A stretch of 64,000 bases of DNA from Rhynchobatus australiae (GCA_034780895.1 JAUZTB010000071.1:18342858-18406857); one strand, 5' to 3'; positions 37,507 through 51,660 are shown, counted from the stretch's first letter. Notes: generated by a model not told the origin, from the letters alone. A program made the numbers and translations.

Positions 37507-38124
37507 TAATTGATTTTTATTTACATGTAAATTTTGCTGTTCATTCAATCAAACTGAAGGCATGGGAACAAAAGGCCATCCTTAATGCATATAGCTGTGC
37601 AAATCCAGGCAAGTATGTTTAGTGAATCATCAGACTGAGATATTCAAGTACTTCTGGGATGAATGAATTATTGAATTAGGTCAGTCAGCTTCTGGTGATG
37701 GTGGAGATTGTGTTATACAAAAGACTAGAGACATTGGTAACCTTAATTATGGTTTCTTAAACTAGTTTTTAATCTCCTAAACAACTGGGAGGTGTATTTT
37801 CCATTTCCAATACATATTTTTTAAATAAAGTTCTCTTTTTCTCAGAAAATTACATAGATTCTATATGTGTGACTTTAGGGTTGTGGCTTGTGGTATGCAA
37901 TATTTCACAACCATATTGGACAGGATGGACAGAGAGCTTTGTTCATTCGAATCCATTTAATCAGATATATATTGTGCACATTAATGTGAGGCGATAATAT
38001 ACAGTTATGTACATAAAAATTGGATTGCACCCATTTTAGGTGTGCTAGTTAATGGTTATTTAATACTAATGTCCAATTGGGTCTCTGTAAAAATATCACA
38101 ATCATGGAAGTGGTTGTATTTCTC

Positions 38125-38420
38125 TAACATCCAACATATCATTCTCCGCAATTTCCGCGATTTCCAACAAGATCCCACCACCAGGCACATCTTCCCCCCG
38201 TCTGCCTCCACTTTCCACAGCGATTGCTCCCTCCGTGCCTCCCTTGTCCATGTGTCCCTCCTCACCAGTCCCCCTCCAGGCACTTATCCCTGCAACCATG
38301 CTAAGTGTTACACCTGCCCCTTCACCTCCTCCCTCACCACCATTCAGGGCCCTAAACAGTCCCTCCAGGTGAGGCATTTCTTCCCACGTGAATACAGTGG
38401 TGGTATGTATTGCATCTGGT
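38125..38420 (+). mobile_element. Penelope-like ORF fragment (Cys-rich linker and start of GIY-YIG endonuclease), running into a gap
   Basis: IQHIILRNFRDFQQDPTTRHIFP...SLRASLV...PGTYPCNHAKCYTCPFT...GPKQSLQVRHFF...MYCIW. Confidence 0.9.
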
Positions 38421-40914
38421 NNNNNNNNNNNNNNNNNNNNNNNNNNNNNNNNNNNNNNNNNNNNNNNNNNNNNNNNNNNNNNNNNNNNNNNNNNNNNNNN
38501 NNNNNNNNNNNNNNNNNNNNNNNNNNNNNNNNNNNNNNNNNNNNNNNNNNNNNNNNNNNNNNNNNNNNNNNNNNNNNNNNNNNNNNNNNNNNNNNNNNNN
38601 NNNNNNNNNNNNNNNNNNNNNNNNNNNNNNNNNNNNNNNNNNNNNNNNNNNNNNNNNNNNNNNNNNNNNNNNNNNNNNNNNNNNNNNNNNNNNNNNNNNN
38701 NNNNNNNNNNNNNNNNNNNNNNNNNNNNNNNNNNNNNNNNNNNNNNNNNNNNNNNNNNNNNNNNNNNNNNNNNNNNNNNNNNNNNNNNNNNNNNNNNNNN
38801 NNNNNNNNNNNNNNNNNNNNNNNNNNNNNNNNNNNNNNNNNNNNNNNNNNNNNNNNNNNNNNNNNNNNNNNNNNNNNNNNNNNNNNNNNNNNNNNNNNNN
38901 NNNNNNNNNNNNNNNNNNNNNNNNNNNNNNNNNNNNNNNNNNNNNNNNNNNNNNNNNNNNNNNNNNNNNNNNNNNNNNNNNNNNNNNNNNNNNNNNNNNN
39001 NNNNNNNNNNNNNNNNNNNNNNNNNNNNNNNNNNNNNNNNNNNNNNNNNNNNNNNNNNNNNNNNNNNNNNNNNNNNNNNNNNNNNNNNNNNNNNNNNNNN
39101 NNNNNNNNNNNNNNNNNNNNNNNNNNNNNNNNNNNNNNNNNNNNNNNNNNNNNNNNNNNNNNNNNNNNNNNNNNNNNNNNNNNNNNNNNNNNNNNNNNNN
39201 NNNNNNNNNNNNNNNNNNNNNNNNNNNNNNNNNNNNNNNNNNNNNNNNNNNNNNNNNNNNNNNNNNNNNNNNNNNCAACTCAGATGATAACGCTCAAGCA
39301 CTGTTTATCATCAGCTATCTCATCCATGGAGTTGCTTTGGATTGGGTTAGTAGCAATCACGGCCCAAATATTTTTTTTATTCAGTTTTTCTAGAGAGTGT
39401 AATCTATAATGATAGTTACTGTCAAATCATATTCATAAAAAACTTGATTCGTGAAGTCATTGGATCAAAATCTTGTATTTGATGTTTACTTTATAGAAAA
39501 GTAATAGATTGCAAGGAAAGGTTACGTGTCAGCAGTTGAAGACTTAGGATAATGTGATTAGCTCTATTTTACTCAACAATGTGAATCCAATGTTAGTGCC
39601 TGAGATTAGCAGAATGCTTTAGTTTGATCTTTTTAGGTTCAGTCTGGTGTGCCAAAAGCAGTCATCAGCAAGAACTGTTGACAGTGTCAGCTTTGATAGT
39701 GAGCTTGGACTTTGAAAACAGGATATCTTATTCTCAGTGACTATATAATTCATTTTTGGAAGAGTTTGTTGATGTAGATTATATATAGAACCATTGTGGA
39801 AGAAAATAGTTTTTTGAACATACGGTATATAAACTAATTTTGCATAGTTAAATTCCAAGTTGACAAGGGCCTTGTATGTACTTGTTTCCAATTGTTCAAC
39901 ATCATGGCATAGAAATTCTTTGGCTCCTGGAACGGCACATCAAACTGGCAGTGTACTGTTCTGCAGACTTAGCACAGCAAAACAATATTGCTCATAAAGC
40001 CTTACATGTTATACAATCAACTTTTAGTAATGAAGTGGTCCGAAGTTCTTTCTTCTTCTCTCTGCTAACTGTGCAAAGCACGGTGGAAGACAAGTTTGAG
40101 CCCTGGTTTCAGGGTGATGGAGGGTGTACTACCTCCCCAAAGTGGGTTTCATGCCTGAATCCCAGGTTGAAAAATCCTCAGGCAGCTCCATTTTAAGGCA
40201 TGATGCAGCTGGCCTCAGATATGTTGCAAATTCCTTACCCTGCCTTTGTGACTGTGCTGTGCATGGGTATGAATGCATAATAATTAAAAATAAATCACAG
40301 AAGTAATGTCAAGGTAATTGTTGCAAGTAATTGAACATGGTTGTGCATACCTGAACACCTGAGTGTCAGACACATTGAAACCCCAAGGAATACTGTGGAG
40401 TAGGCACTTGTCTGGATCAAGCTTCCTGATTAACTTTTATCTGGTAGTGCATATAAACTTGAAGTGCATGATGGAACTTCTCCGCTCCAATGTTTTATAG
40501 AATAGGCGGACATCAAAGGTCCTGACATGACAAATCCTAATTATTTTAAGCCAGTATATTCACCAGCTTTCCATTAAGGATTTGATCCTATTGAAAGCAG
40601 CAATTCCTCATATCAATCCTGCTGAGATTGCTGTGTCTGGGAGCAGCCTGTGCATGGTTTTCCATCAGTGCCTATATACCATTCAACAATACCCACAATG
40701 AAAAGTCAGCCAATAGCACGTAACGTGGTCAAAATTCCAGCCCTGTCTTGTGCAGCTGAATTCTGTCAAGAATGACTGTTCATTTCTCTGAAGCATGACC
40801 ATCACTTGAATGGCATAAAGGTATTACTTAAGTCGGAAGCTTTCTGTTTATTCCATGCATTTTACTATATGATGAGAGCACAGTGTTCAGTTTCATTTCC
40901 AACTTTTTAAATAA

Positions 40915-41632
40915 AGAAATAGCCCAAGCTATATGCAGCAAGTACCAGACAACATTTAGCCACAGCTGGTAAGTAACAGGTGGCATTCACACCCACACAA
41001 GTCCCAGAGAGACTCTAACCAGTTCTTCTTAAAATACAATGGTATACCCATTACCAAACTTTACCATTATCAATATCACTAATGAATAGAGATTTAATTG
41101 AACCAATTATGAAAGTACTAGATTTCAATACTAGCTCAGAGACTGGTACTCTGCTGAATGTACCTTACCTTTGGCTTACCACAAAGTCTTCCCACCAGAT
41201 GAATGCCGATCCAACAGCACCAAGAAATTTGATATCATTCAGGATAAAGCAATCATTTGATTGGCTTTCAATTCGCTGCTCTAAATTTTCATAGCTTCCA
41301 CTAAAAAATATAGGAGCATCGTGTTCTGCCTACAATACATATTGAAGCAAACCACAGATTACTTACAACTCCTCCTGAACTTTGCCACCTAGGACACTGA
41401 GAACATGGGAACATCACCTCAAATTTACTCCCACTCATGCATCATCCTGCCCTCAGAAGTATATCGCTGTTTTCTCATTGTTGCTAATTCAAAACCCTGG
41501 AATCACTTCCTTACTGTAATCTGGGAGTACAAGAACTATGGTGGTTTAAGATGACAGCCAACTATCACCTTCTCAAGGACAGCAAAGGATTTGGACTTAA
41601 TGTTGTCCTTGCAAATGAAACCCTATCCCATC
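40915..41632 (+). mobile_element. Second CR1-group LINE family, 3' fragment
   Basis: Degenerate MQQ.PDNI...AGK..VAFTPHKSQ segment and 3' end tcaccttctcaagg...aatgttgtccttgc...atccca; same family as 30685-31780. Confidence 0.6.
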
Positions 41633-42324
41633 AAAGCATAATTTAAATAACACATGCCTTTGAGATTCCAGATTTCCCCAAAACCTTGTCTAAATTTTTG
41701 ATATTTTTGCTGGAATTCATTTGTATTGATGCAACAAAGCAATTTTGATAATAAATTTTGTTTCAATTTTCCCAGAGGAAATAACTTCTTAAAATAGAAT
41801 TGGTAAAGGTAAGTTACTGTTAGGTAAAGGTTGACTGATTTCACCCAAGAGCACTTTCACAAACCAGAGCTAAAAGATCCTAAAATGTTTAAAACTTTTG
41901 TGAATGGAGCGCATGCTCAGTATATNNNNNNNNNNNNNNNNNNNNNNNNNNNNNNNNNNNNNNNNNNNNNNNNNNNNNNNNNNNNNNNNNNNNNNNNNNN
42001 NNNNNNNNNNNNNNNNNNNNNNNNNNNNNNNNNNNNNNNNNNNNNNNNNNNNNNNNNNNNNNNNNNNNNNNNNNNNNNNNNNNNNNNNNNNNNNNNNNNN
42101 NNNNNNNNNNNNNNNNNNNNNNNNNNNNNNNNNNNNNNNNNATCATGCCATCCCAGGGTCTGAGTCAAGTCTGCAGGATGTGAGCAGACAGAAGTTCTTC
42201 CTGTAGTTAATGATTGATACATTTTCTGGCTGGAATGACTATTTCAAGTGGATATCTCTTCAGCAAGTACAGTGTTTTGTGGAATGTGTTTAATTAGCTT
42301 CATTCCTGCTGGAAAGAGTAACAA

Positions 42325-42415
42325 TGAAAATAGAAAATGCAGGAAAGATTCAGCCCATCAGGCAGTATCTTTAGAGGGAGAAAAATTTCAAAATGACAGC
42401 TTTTCATTGAACTAA
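42325..42415 (-). mobile_element. Penelope-derived terminal fragment
   Basis: gaaaatagaaaatgcaggaaagattcagc..atcaggcagtatct...tttca...ttttcattgaact; degenerate copy of the family. Confidence 0.5.
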
Positions 42416-45169
42416 CATCACATCAATATTCTTGCACGGTAAACTGGAGACTATACTTCAATGGAATGGACAATTGGACCTTTATTATTGTAGCCCTATC
42501 ATTGTCATTTTCAGTCCCAATGTGAATTTAGGAGTCCTGAATTTATCTGTTTCTCTTTCTTCTGTAGCCTCTTCTAAAATAGGCAATTCATACTGGGGTA
42601 AGATTCAAAAAGCCTAGTACACAAGGCTGAACAGTGAATGCTGACAGACTGTTGAGTGCTAGGGTCACCACAGCTGATCCTGAATCACCTTTCCCAACAA
42701 ACTCATGACTCTGAATCCAGAATTTCATTAGACAATGGTCAGGAGTGTGAGCACTAAGGCTACAAGTGCTGTACACCCAGAAAAGTGCTCAAGTACACTG
42801 CTACCAGGCCAAGAGTCAATAGACACAGGTGGCTTCAAGGAAAACCAAACTGCTCTACAGATAAAGCTAAATTTAAAGTATTATCATAAAAAACTCCAAT
42901 TCTTCACAACATCAACCTCTCCCTACACAGAGCAAGTTCTGCTCAGAAACCATGACATATACTACTTTGCTTGTTGCTTAAAGACATTGAAGTTTCCTTT
43001 CCTGTTATTGCTGTAAAGCACTGAAACCAAAAGGGTATTTTAACCCCATCTGCTTGATGTGACCTCACTGTTGAATTATTGCCAATGATGATGGCTCCTT
43101 CTTTAAATAAACAGACTAATTTTTAATGATGTCATTGGGCCNNNNNNNNNNNNNNNNNNNNNNNNNNNNNNNNNNNNNNNNNNNNNNNNNNNNNNNNNNN
43201 NNNNNNNNNNNNNNNNNNNNNNNNNNNNNNNNNNNNNNNNNNNNNNNNNNNNNNNNNNNNNNNNNNNNNNNNNNNNNNNNNNNNNNNNNNNNNNNNNNNN
43301 NNNNNNNNNNNNNNNNNNNNNNNNNNNNNNNNNNNNNNNNNNNNNNNNNNNNNNNNNNNNNNNNNNNNNNNNNNNNNNNNNNNNNNNNNNNNNNNAGATT
43401 TCCCTAAAAACGTGTCTAGATTTTTCGGCATTTTTGCTGGAATTCTGTCTTGATTGACTCTGTCAGATTGGAACAGGTGGGAAGTCTACTAGCACCAGGC
43501 TAATGGGGTCAGGCAATTACTAATTGCCATGGCCCCATTTTGCTAAAGCAAGCAGGAAATTAACTTACTCCAGTGGTTACCGACTGGAAGTTCAAAATGA
43601 CTCTTGATTGTGAATTTTATGGTTAGGAACCTTAATGTGCTCCCACTACCACGCACTGTGCTGCAGCTGCAATCAAGTTATTCTGAGAGACATTATCTGA
43701 GTTCCCTGAAAGTAGGGACTAGCACAGAAAAAGTAAAGGTGGGCCATGACTTCAGTGGAAAGCACAGCAGTATCAAAACAGGGGCACAATCTTAAAGTAA
43801 CAATTCCTTTGTCAAGACATTTTTACATGTTCAAAATATACTTGGAATGGAATTCAGGGCAGGATACTGAAATTAAAAATCCAGGAATAAATTTTAAAAG
43901 ATGATCATATGTAAGGAAGAGGTTATAGTCCTGGATGCATGAAGTAAGATGGATCTATAACAGTGGTTACAAATATTGTGATATGGCCACATGCTATAAG
44001 AGGAAAACTACTGATATATCATCATCAAGAAAATTTTGTCCCTGTAACTTCTAGGCTATTTATTTAGTATTTGAACAGGGTTTGTTTTGAACAGCTTGTC
44101 TAGAAAGAGGAAATAAGCTACTTGTGATAACTGACAAATAACTCATACCTATTTTGCCATCGGGGCAGTTCATTGTTCTGCATGTTGAAAGCACCTCTCA
44201 TTAACATTGCTTTAAAAGTTCATTGCTCCCCTAAATATACAGAAAAATTGTTCCCAAATTTACAACTGGTTACCTTACAGATTCTAGTCTGCTTTGAACA
44301 TATGGCTTGGCAAAGAAATGCAAACATTTCTACATCTGATGAGAGAGAGGAAGTTGTGGTAATAAAAACAGACTGGTTGGTTCAGAATAGCAGAATGTCT
44401 GGTGAGTGCACTTCACCACACATTCATTTACTAGTTTCAATGAAGCCTGAAGGGATTCACTATTCAATGGTAGCTGAGACTAACGCAGACACGATTAGAT
44501 CATACAGTGTCACAATTTCCTTTCAGCTCACAAGTTGCAAATTTAACAATACATCTTTAACAGAAAGGTGTGAGGCTACTACCATGAAAAACCAAATCTA
44601 AACTTACACCAGTTTATCTGCAGTTATTCAGACATCATGATGGAGGGCAAAACATCATGCCAAGTACTCAATTTAATTGATTTTAAAAAAATGCAAAGCT
44701 TGCTTGGTTGTCCCCAACATTTTTTTTAAAACAAGAAAACAAATTTCAGTTCTGTGGCCATTTGTCAATAGCTTCACAACCAAAAGTACAGAACTATCTT
44801 TGTTGCTCAACTCAGAATACTTAAGCTATCTGAAATTTTTTTTTATTATATTAGAGGAAAAGTCTTCTGCGTTCCCATGTCATTCACAGGGTTTTGCATA
44901 GAGTGCAGAATTAGGATGGGCGTGGGAGGCTGGGGCAGGGAATGGTGTGGCGCTGGAGCTGGGAGGAGCTTGTTGGTAAATAAGGAGGGTTGCTGTGTTC
45001 CGACTTCTTTATTCAACACCAGGTCTGTGGAATGGAATCCTGGGAAACACTGACCATAATATTAACATTGGAATATCATGTTGTCACCATGATGCTAAGC
45101 AAGCATCAATGAGTACTCATAATTACTTTTAAAAAAAACTTATATTTATTATGCAGTATCATCATAATC

Positions 45170-45445
45170 TTCGGATGCCTTAGTGTTTTGCAGCCAATGT
45201 TTTGCTTTTGAATATTGGAGAGAACACAGAGACTGATAGAATGATGCTGAGCACATTAAAGAAGTTGGTTGTAGGTATGAGTCTGGACATTTGGGAGAAT
45301 TTCTCTACTCCTTTAATTATTGCCAAATACCACAATGTTCTTAAGTCCTGGGAAGGCAGATTGAGCTTCGGCTTTATGTTTACTCAACACTTTTAACGGG
45401 ACAGTGCTCCCTCAGTACTGCAATTGGTCAGGGCTGGGAATTAAT
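45170..45445 (-). mobile_element. Deu-domain SINE remnant (SacSINE1/AmnSINE1-related)
   Basis: gacagtgctccctcagtactgca..tgg and ttttgcagccaatg...cttttgaa resemble the reverse of the Deu-SINE body as recalled. Confidence 0.55.
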
Positions 45446-48400
45446 TATAGATCTCAATAATCCTTCCTCTTGCAATTGCTCTCACTGTATTAAGATTTTC
45501 ATATCTGTTAATGATACAATCTTTTCTTTATAATAAGAATTGACAAGTTAATTCTGTCAGGTTGCTCAGCTTTAAATTCAATTTGGGATATTTTTTGTGT
45601 GGATTGACAGTTTCAAATCGTGCTTCATCTATCTAGAGTCCTCAGCATCTGTCAAAGAAGGAAGAGGCTTGTATCCTGGGAAATGATGGAGCAGATGCTG
45701 AATAAGCTGCTGGTGAGGAAGTAGGATAAGGCATTTAATGAGATGATTGATGACATTTCATCCTTCCAAAGGTTTTCCAGGAAGGGGAAGGTAGCCAGTC
45801 AACTAACTAGGAGAAATGACTTCCTCCAGGAAACTAATAGTATCTGGAAAATTAGGGACACACATCAGTCTCAGTAGGAAAATGGTTGTGGTTCCTGCCA
45901 TAGTCACCTCCCCAAAATGCTGAAATTGCCACAGCTAGAAGTCAATCCTCTTAAATACAGTAAGAGTTTAAAGACTTAGTGTGGGTAATATGAGCCCAAA
46001 TGCCAGGTAAAAATATTGTCAAAGTAGAAGAGAGGGAAATGTAGATTTGGCTACTTACTGTTGTTTTTACACTACATGTAGCAAGGACTTAACAACCATA
46101 GTTAGGGAATACTGGCACAGTGAGGGCAGTTTCTGACTGAAGTGCAACTGTACTGTTTTAATGCAACATGTATTTATGATACCCTTGAGTGCAAGTGTGG
46201 CTCTGCATTCTACATGGTGAAAAATTATCTATTTGCAAATAGATTGTATGATTTTGTAGCTGCAATTTTGAATATTCAATTAGAAAACCATTTCCAGCTG
46301 CTACCATTTTTCAGTTGGTGCACTGGATATACCAATAAGCCTGCTGAATGAGATTGTTCACTTTGTATAATATGTTCCAAAATGGTTAATTTTATCCCAA
46401 GACTTCATGTCCACTGGGGACTGGGTTGAAGTATGCAGGCCACTCAAGCATCTTTTGCTTATTTTGAGATCCTGACACCAATGGGCTGGTTGTCTAAGTT
46501 TATCTAATTAAGTCCAACAATTATTTTGTGCAATTGAACTAGGGACCNNNNNNNNNNNNNNNNNNNNNNNNNNNNNNNNNNNNNNNNNNNNNNNNNNNNN
46601 NNNNNNNNNNNNNNNNNNNNNNNNNNNNNNNNNNNNNNNNNNNNNNNNNNNNNNNNNNNNNNNNNNNNNNNNNNNNNNNNNNNNNNNNNNNNNNNNNNNN
46701 NNNNNNNNNNNNNNNNNNNNNNNNNNNNNNNNNNNNNNCACACACATACATACACACACACATCTGGTCTGGGGTCTGCACATCTACAAGCTAAAAGTGT
46801 ATATCCAGCATTGGACCCTTCAGGTCCTAGGCTCTAAAATCATGGCTACATTTTATGTTGGAGAGTTGTGCACACTTGCTTCAAATCTGCAGACTGGCTG
46901 CACATGTGCTAATTAGAGACTACTGCTTGACAGGGCTCAGGATCAGCTGATGTGAAGTGCTCCTGGATGTGGCCACATGGTGCAGCTGCTGCCAGCACTT
47001 CACATGTGCTCTTGCTGACCTCAAATAACAGACCAGCAGCATGTCAGCATACCTTCTTTCTTGAGATTTGGTGTAAACAGGGCCAAGTCACTCTTCCAGC
47101 CTTCAAGTAATAACAACACCCTGACACTGACCCAAATCATTAAAATCTTATGTGGGGTAGTGAGGCAGAGAGTAGCACATGGTGATATCAGTGCCTGCAT
47201 TCACATATGCAAAGTTGCGATGTTGCAAATGAAACTTCACTGCCATTCAAATCATCTGCTGAAGCCAAGTAGACTAACAGCAGAAAGGATCCAAGTGGAA
47301 ATCTTGTGGCTGATGGGGTAATTAACAGGGGAAATAAGTCAGTTAAATTTTCCTGCTATATGCACAACAACACACAAGCAGTTTTTATTTTATTTCTGGA
47401 CCAAGTAGCAAGTTTAGGTGTAAATAAATTCAAGGGAGCTGCCTTGCAAATGTTAATCTTTTAGAAGTTAGTGCATAAATGCTAATGGAGAAATCAATGC
47501 TGTACCCAGCAGAGAGGCTTTCAAAACATGAGTGTGTGTTAGAGTAAACTCAGTTTCCAGAGGTAAAAAATTTACCCGCTGCCAAACTCAGTTTTCAACA
47601 ATCTGCTAATTCTAATCATGCACATGATTTTACAAGGGTATCACATACCATTTTGTTTTCTGGAGGTACAGAGTAAGAAATGACATGGATGCCCTTTCAT
47701 CCTATAGTTGGCTCCCAAGATCTGAGTAGAATATGTTGCATTTGTGTTAAGGTCAAAGATTCCAACCAGAAGTGCCTCTGTAAGTTTACGTGCATCTATA
47801 TTATGTAGAATTGAAGCATTTTTTTAAAATTTCCCAACATTTCACCAATGATATATGCATAACATTCTAAATGCTAACTTCCATCAAGGTGCTTTAGATA
47901 CATGAAAACAGACAGGTGAACAAAAGATAGATGTCATCACATATTATGGTTACAGAATGGTAAGGTTATAAAAATTCCACACCATGTTTTATGATGTATA
48001 CCCAGGCATTAATTGCAGTAAATGGCATCTTCTCCCCGAACCACTTTTTTTATTTGCTGACGAAATATACTTAAGCTTTCAAAAGGCGGATCTTTTGCTG
48101 ACCAGAATCCAACCCCATTTCTGTTTCAGAAAATAAAACACAAATAATTGAATAAAACTTTTGTCAGAGGATTACTCCAGGATAATAAAAATAGTAAAGA
48201 TAAACTAATCCTCTGCCAGTAACTCCCAAGACACGTTAACTGAATTTTAAAGGACTATCGTTAATTATACTACCCAGGTTGCAGACATCTAATGAGACTC
48301 CTAAATTCTTTGGTTCAAATCAGATTCTGCTGTGGTCATAGGTCCCCTTTAAGTTTCCATCTAGAGTAGTCATGATTTTGTTGTTATTTTCTGCCTTGTA

Positions 48401-49467
48401 CCATCATCCTTTGCTTAACTGCTGGCACACTGCCAGGTGGTTGCAGTAAAAGTTACTGGACTGCATTGCAGTAGGCCTGTCCCCTCCTTGATTTTACAGA
48501 GACATATATGCCCTATCAGACATTTCTTCAGTCAATATTTCTTGTCACTTCAAGAAGGGCCACAGGCGATTTCATTTCAGTGACTAGAGATCAGGGGTGG
48601 GAAGCAAAATATCATCTGAAGCAAGCTTAAAAAGTATCTTTTTAAGTAGCATAAAAAGTTTCTTGGATCTTGAGCAGTGGTCAATGGGGCGATCAGAGCG
48701 TCTCCAACTTTAGCTTTAACTCTGCCTTAAAGTTTGCAGTGGAGTCAAGAAGGAATGTCTTATACCAGTCAAGAAAGAATGAATGAAAAGAACTCTGTGC
48801 TATGGCAGCCAAACACCTTACCTTCTGGCATTGGTCCTTCATTACCAGACTGATTCGCTTCAAATAGGGAATACTAGATGGAAAAAAGTGACAGTGCAAT
48901 TCCACTATCCTTAAAAGGGCCTTGATATTGCATGAGAGAGTATGTTGAGCTGGCCCATTGCCTTGACTGGCTAAGAATAGCAGCTGTAAAAGTTCCATTG
49001 CGAGTCAGTTTTCTTTGCCAGCAGTGAAGTTTGTCCAGCACAGAAGTTTAAGAGTCTTTGTTTCATTAGCTTTCCATTCTAGTTTACAAACCATTCAGGA
49101 TGTGACTCAGCATTACTGCAACACCAACCATGCAGCACACACCTCTCCATTCCTGCACAGGTCCAGTGAAGGGATTCCTCTTGTTATGTTTTCTCCTCAG
49201 CTTTCTGTGAGTATTTTCTGAAATTGAGAACAAATGACTTGCATTCAGATAACACTTATCACCACTTAAATACTTCCTAATGCATTTCACTGTAGTAACC
49301 AATCTGCACAAAGTAAGCCTCCACTCAACTGATAATGATTTCAGTGAAACTAGTTAAAGGTGTTTGGGAACTTTAAATTGATTTTAACAAATAACATGCA
49401 GCTGAAAGTAAAGAGCTAATTGCAGTAAAGTGGCAATAAAGGTACTGGTTCATTAATGTCACTTTAA

Positions 49468-49632
49468 GAAGGAAATCTGTCTTCCTTGTTCAGTCTGGTA
49501 GATGTGTTCCTTCAGTCCTACATCAACATGGGAGACTCTGTCTTTTGAAGTGGTCAGGCTGGTCTCAGAGTTGTATCAGATTGCTGAGGCTGGCCAATAA
49601 AGCCTGTCGAGCCTCCAATGTCCACATACCAG
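49468..49632 (+). mobile_element. Old SINE 3' part sharing the second CR1-family tail
   Basis: gaaggaaatctgtc.tcctt...gtctgg...gaagtgg...gccaataaa...ccacatacc. Confidence 0.45.
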
Positions 49633-49724
49633 AAAGATCTCAGCTTTCTTAATATTGCAGCCAATAAGATTATATGTAGCCATTGGCAATTTACAGGGAA
49701 ATTCAAGGTTAAAATGTCAGGCTT

Positions 49725-50545
49725 CAGTGAGAACAATTCCAGCTTATCCAATCTCTCCTTGTAATTAAAGCCCTCCATTCCAGGCAATGTCCTGGTGAAC
49801 TCCTGCATCCTTTCTCATGCCAGGTCATCCTTTCTATAGTGTGGTGATCAGAACAGCACATAATATTCCAAGTGTGGCCTAACATACATGAGGTCCCAAC
49901 TCTTGTACTCAATACTTCTGCCAATGAAGGCAAGCAAGCTAATCATGTTCTTCACCACCTTATACCCCTGCGTTGCCTTTTTCAGGGAGCTATGAACTTG
50001 AACCCCAGGGTTCCTCTGTACATCAATGCTTCTAAGGCCCCTGACGTTTACTGTGTATGTTCTTTCAGTATTAGATGACCCAAAATTCATTACCTCACAC
50101 TTGTCTGGATTAAATTCCATCTGTCACTGCCCTGCCCAACTTTCTAGCTGATCTTTGTCCCTCTGTATCCTTATGCAACAATCCTTGCTATCTACAACTC
50201 ATCTAATCTTTGTGTAATCAGTCAATTTGCTTCTCAGACTACAGGCATTCATGTCCAAGTCATTTAGATACATATGGCAAACAACAAAGGTCCCAGTACA
50301 GACCCCTGCAGTACACCACTGGTTACGGAAATCCAATCAGAACAATCCTCTACCACTACCCTCTTCCTCCTATGTTTTTGATCCAGTTTGCAAAAGCCCC
50401 TTGGATCAAGTGTGGCCTAACTTTCTAGCTCAGCCTACCATGTGGAACCTTGTCAAAAGCTTTGCTGAAGTGCTATGTACTGCTTTGTTTTCATTAATCT
50501 TCTCAGTAACCTCCTCAACAAACTCAGTCAAATTTGTGATCAGAT
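49725..50545 (-). mobile_element. CR1 RT-region fragment
   Basis: Minus ORFs MEFNPDKCEVMNFG..N..RTYTVN...VQVHSSLK...RSIEYKS and LPGMEGFNYKERLDKLELFSL. Confidence 0.92.
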
Positions 50546-51194
50546 CACACTAAATCAGATCAGATCAACACTCAATCAGATCATGTGCTGTAGCATTTCT
50601 GTATAAGAGGCAAAAATAATTTCCATGGAAAAAACCTATTTCAGAAAATAGGTGGGATTGGCGTATGGTTTTCCTTCCAGCTGATGTAACACCAACATAT
50701 GGAGGTGGATAGAAGTATGGTGTCCAATGGGGTCCACAGCCTGTCTGAATGCTATATCTGTGATTTTTCAGCCAAACTTACATGGACAGTTCAGGACATA
50801 CAGAACTGTCACTCCTCACTGTCACTCTCCCTCAGACCACCCAAGAGCCTCCCACTCTGACCTTAACCAATCCCTGACCTGTACCCCACCTCCGAATCCA
50901 GGACCCACCCAGCAGCTGGTCCACTGAGCCCATCTAATGCCATGCTAAGCCAAAGGACCATGGACCAGGGACTTGAGACCTGGCAACCAACTGGGTCTGG
51001 GACCAAGGATGTCATACCCAGGGACCAGAAAGGGCCAGGTTATGCACAGCCTGGTCTTCAGGGTTTGAATCAAATCCTTATACTGCTCTTATCCAAGTGT
51101 GTTCTGCTGGAGGGAATGAATCCATCAAACAGGTACAGTATGGGTGGGCACTGTTCTGGGAAGGGGGAGAGGTGNNNNNNNNNNNNNNNNNNNG

Positions 51195-51490
51195 TAGAGC
51201 AGCAAAGGGGTGGCATTGAGTAGAGCAGTGAGCATGCATCAGTGGAGCAGTGAGGTGGAGGTGAGTGGTACAGCAGTGGAGCTATCAGTGGTGGTACGAG
51301 AGAGTGATGAGTGAATAGAGCGACATGGGGGTGATGAATGGAGTGTGATGATGAGGTGTTACTGAGTGAGGCAGTGAGGCGGCAATGAGTGACTGGTGTC
51401 GTGAGGGGGCGATGAGTGGACAAATGAAAGAGCAGTGGGTTGACAGTGTAATAGGGAGAGCAGTGAGGGGGCAGTGATGGAACACAGAGA
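51195..51490 (+). repeat. Purine-rich low-complexity repeat (gcagtga/gagtga-like units)
   Basis: Repeated gcagtgag, gagtgatga motifs; gives spurious His/Pro-rich minus ORFs. Confidence 0.7.
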
Positions 51491-51539
51491 GCTATTGGAT
51501 TCACAAGAGACTGCAGCTGCAGGAATAATCTTTATACTG

Positions 51540-51660
51540 GCTCTCTTCCTTCTCTACACTCAATCCTGATGTAGGGTTTTGACCCCAAACATCAACAATT
51601 CCTTTCTCCCCAAAGATGCTGCTCAACCCATTGATTTCCTCCAGCAGATTGTTGCTCGAG
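51540..51660 (+). mobile_element. Penelope-derived terminal repeat, mutated hammerhead core
   Basis: cctgatgtagggttttgaccccaaacatc...agatgctgctcaaccc...ctccagcagattgttgctc. Confidence 0.7.

Noticed and set aside
51070-51504. His/Pro-rich 144 aa minus ORF
   Set aside because: Translation of a low-complexity repeat crossing a gap.
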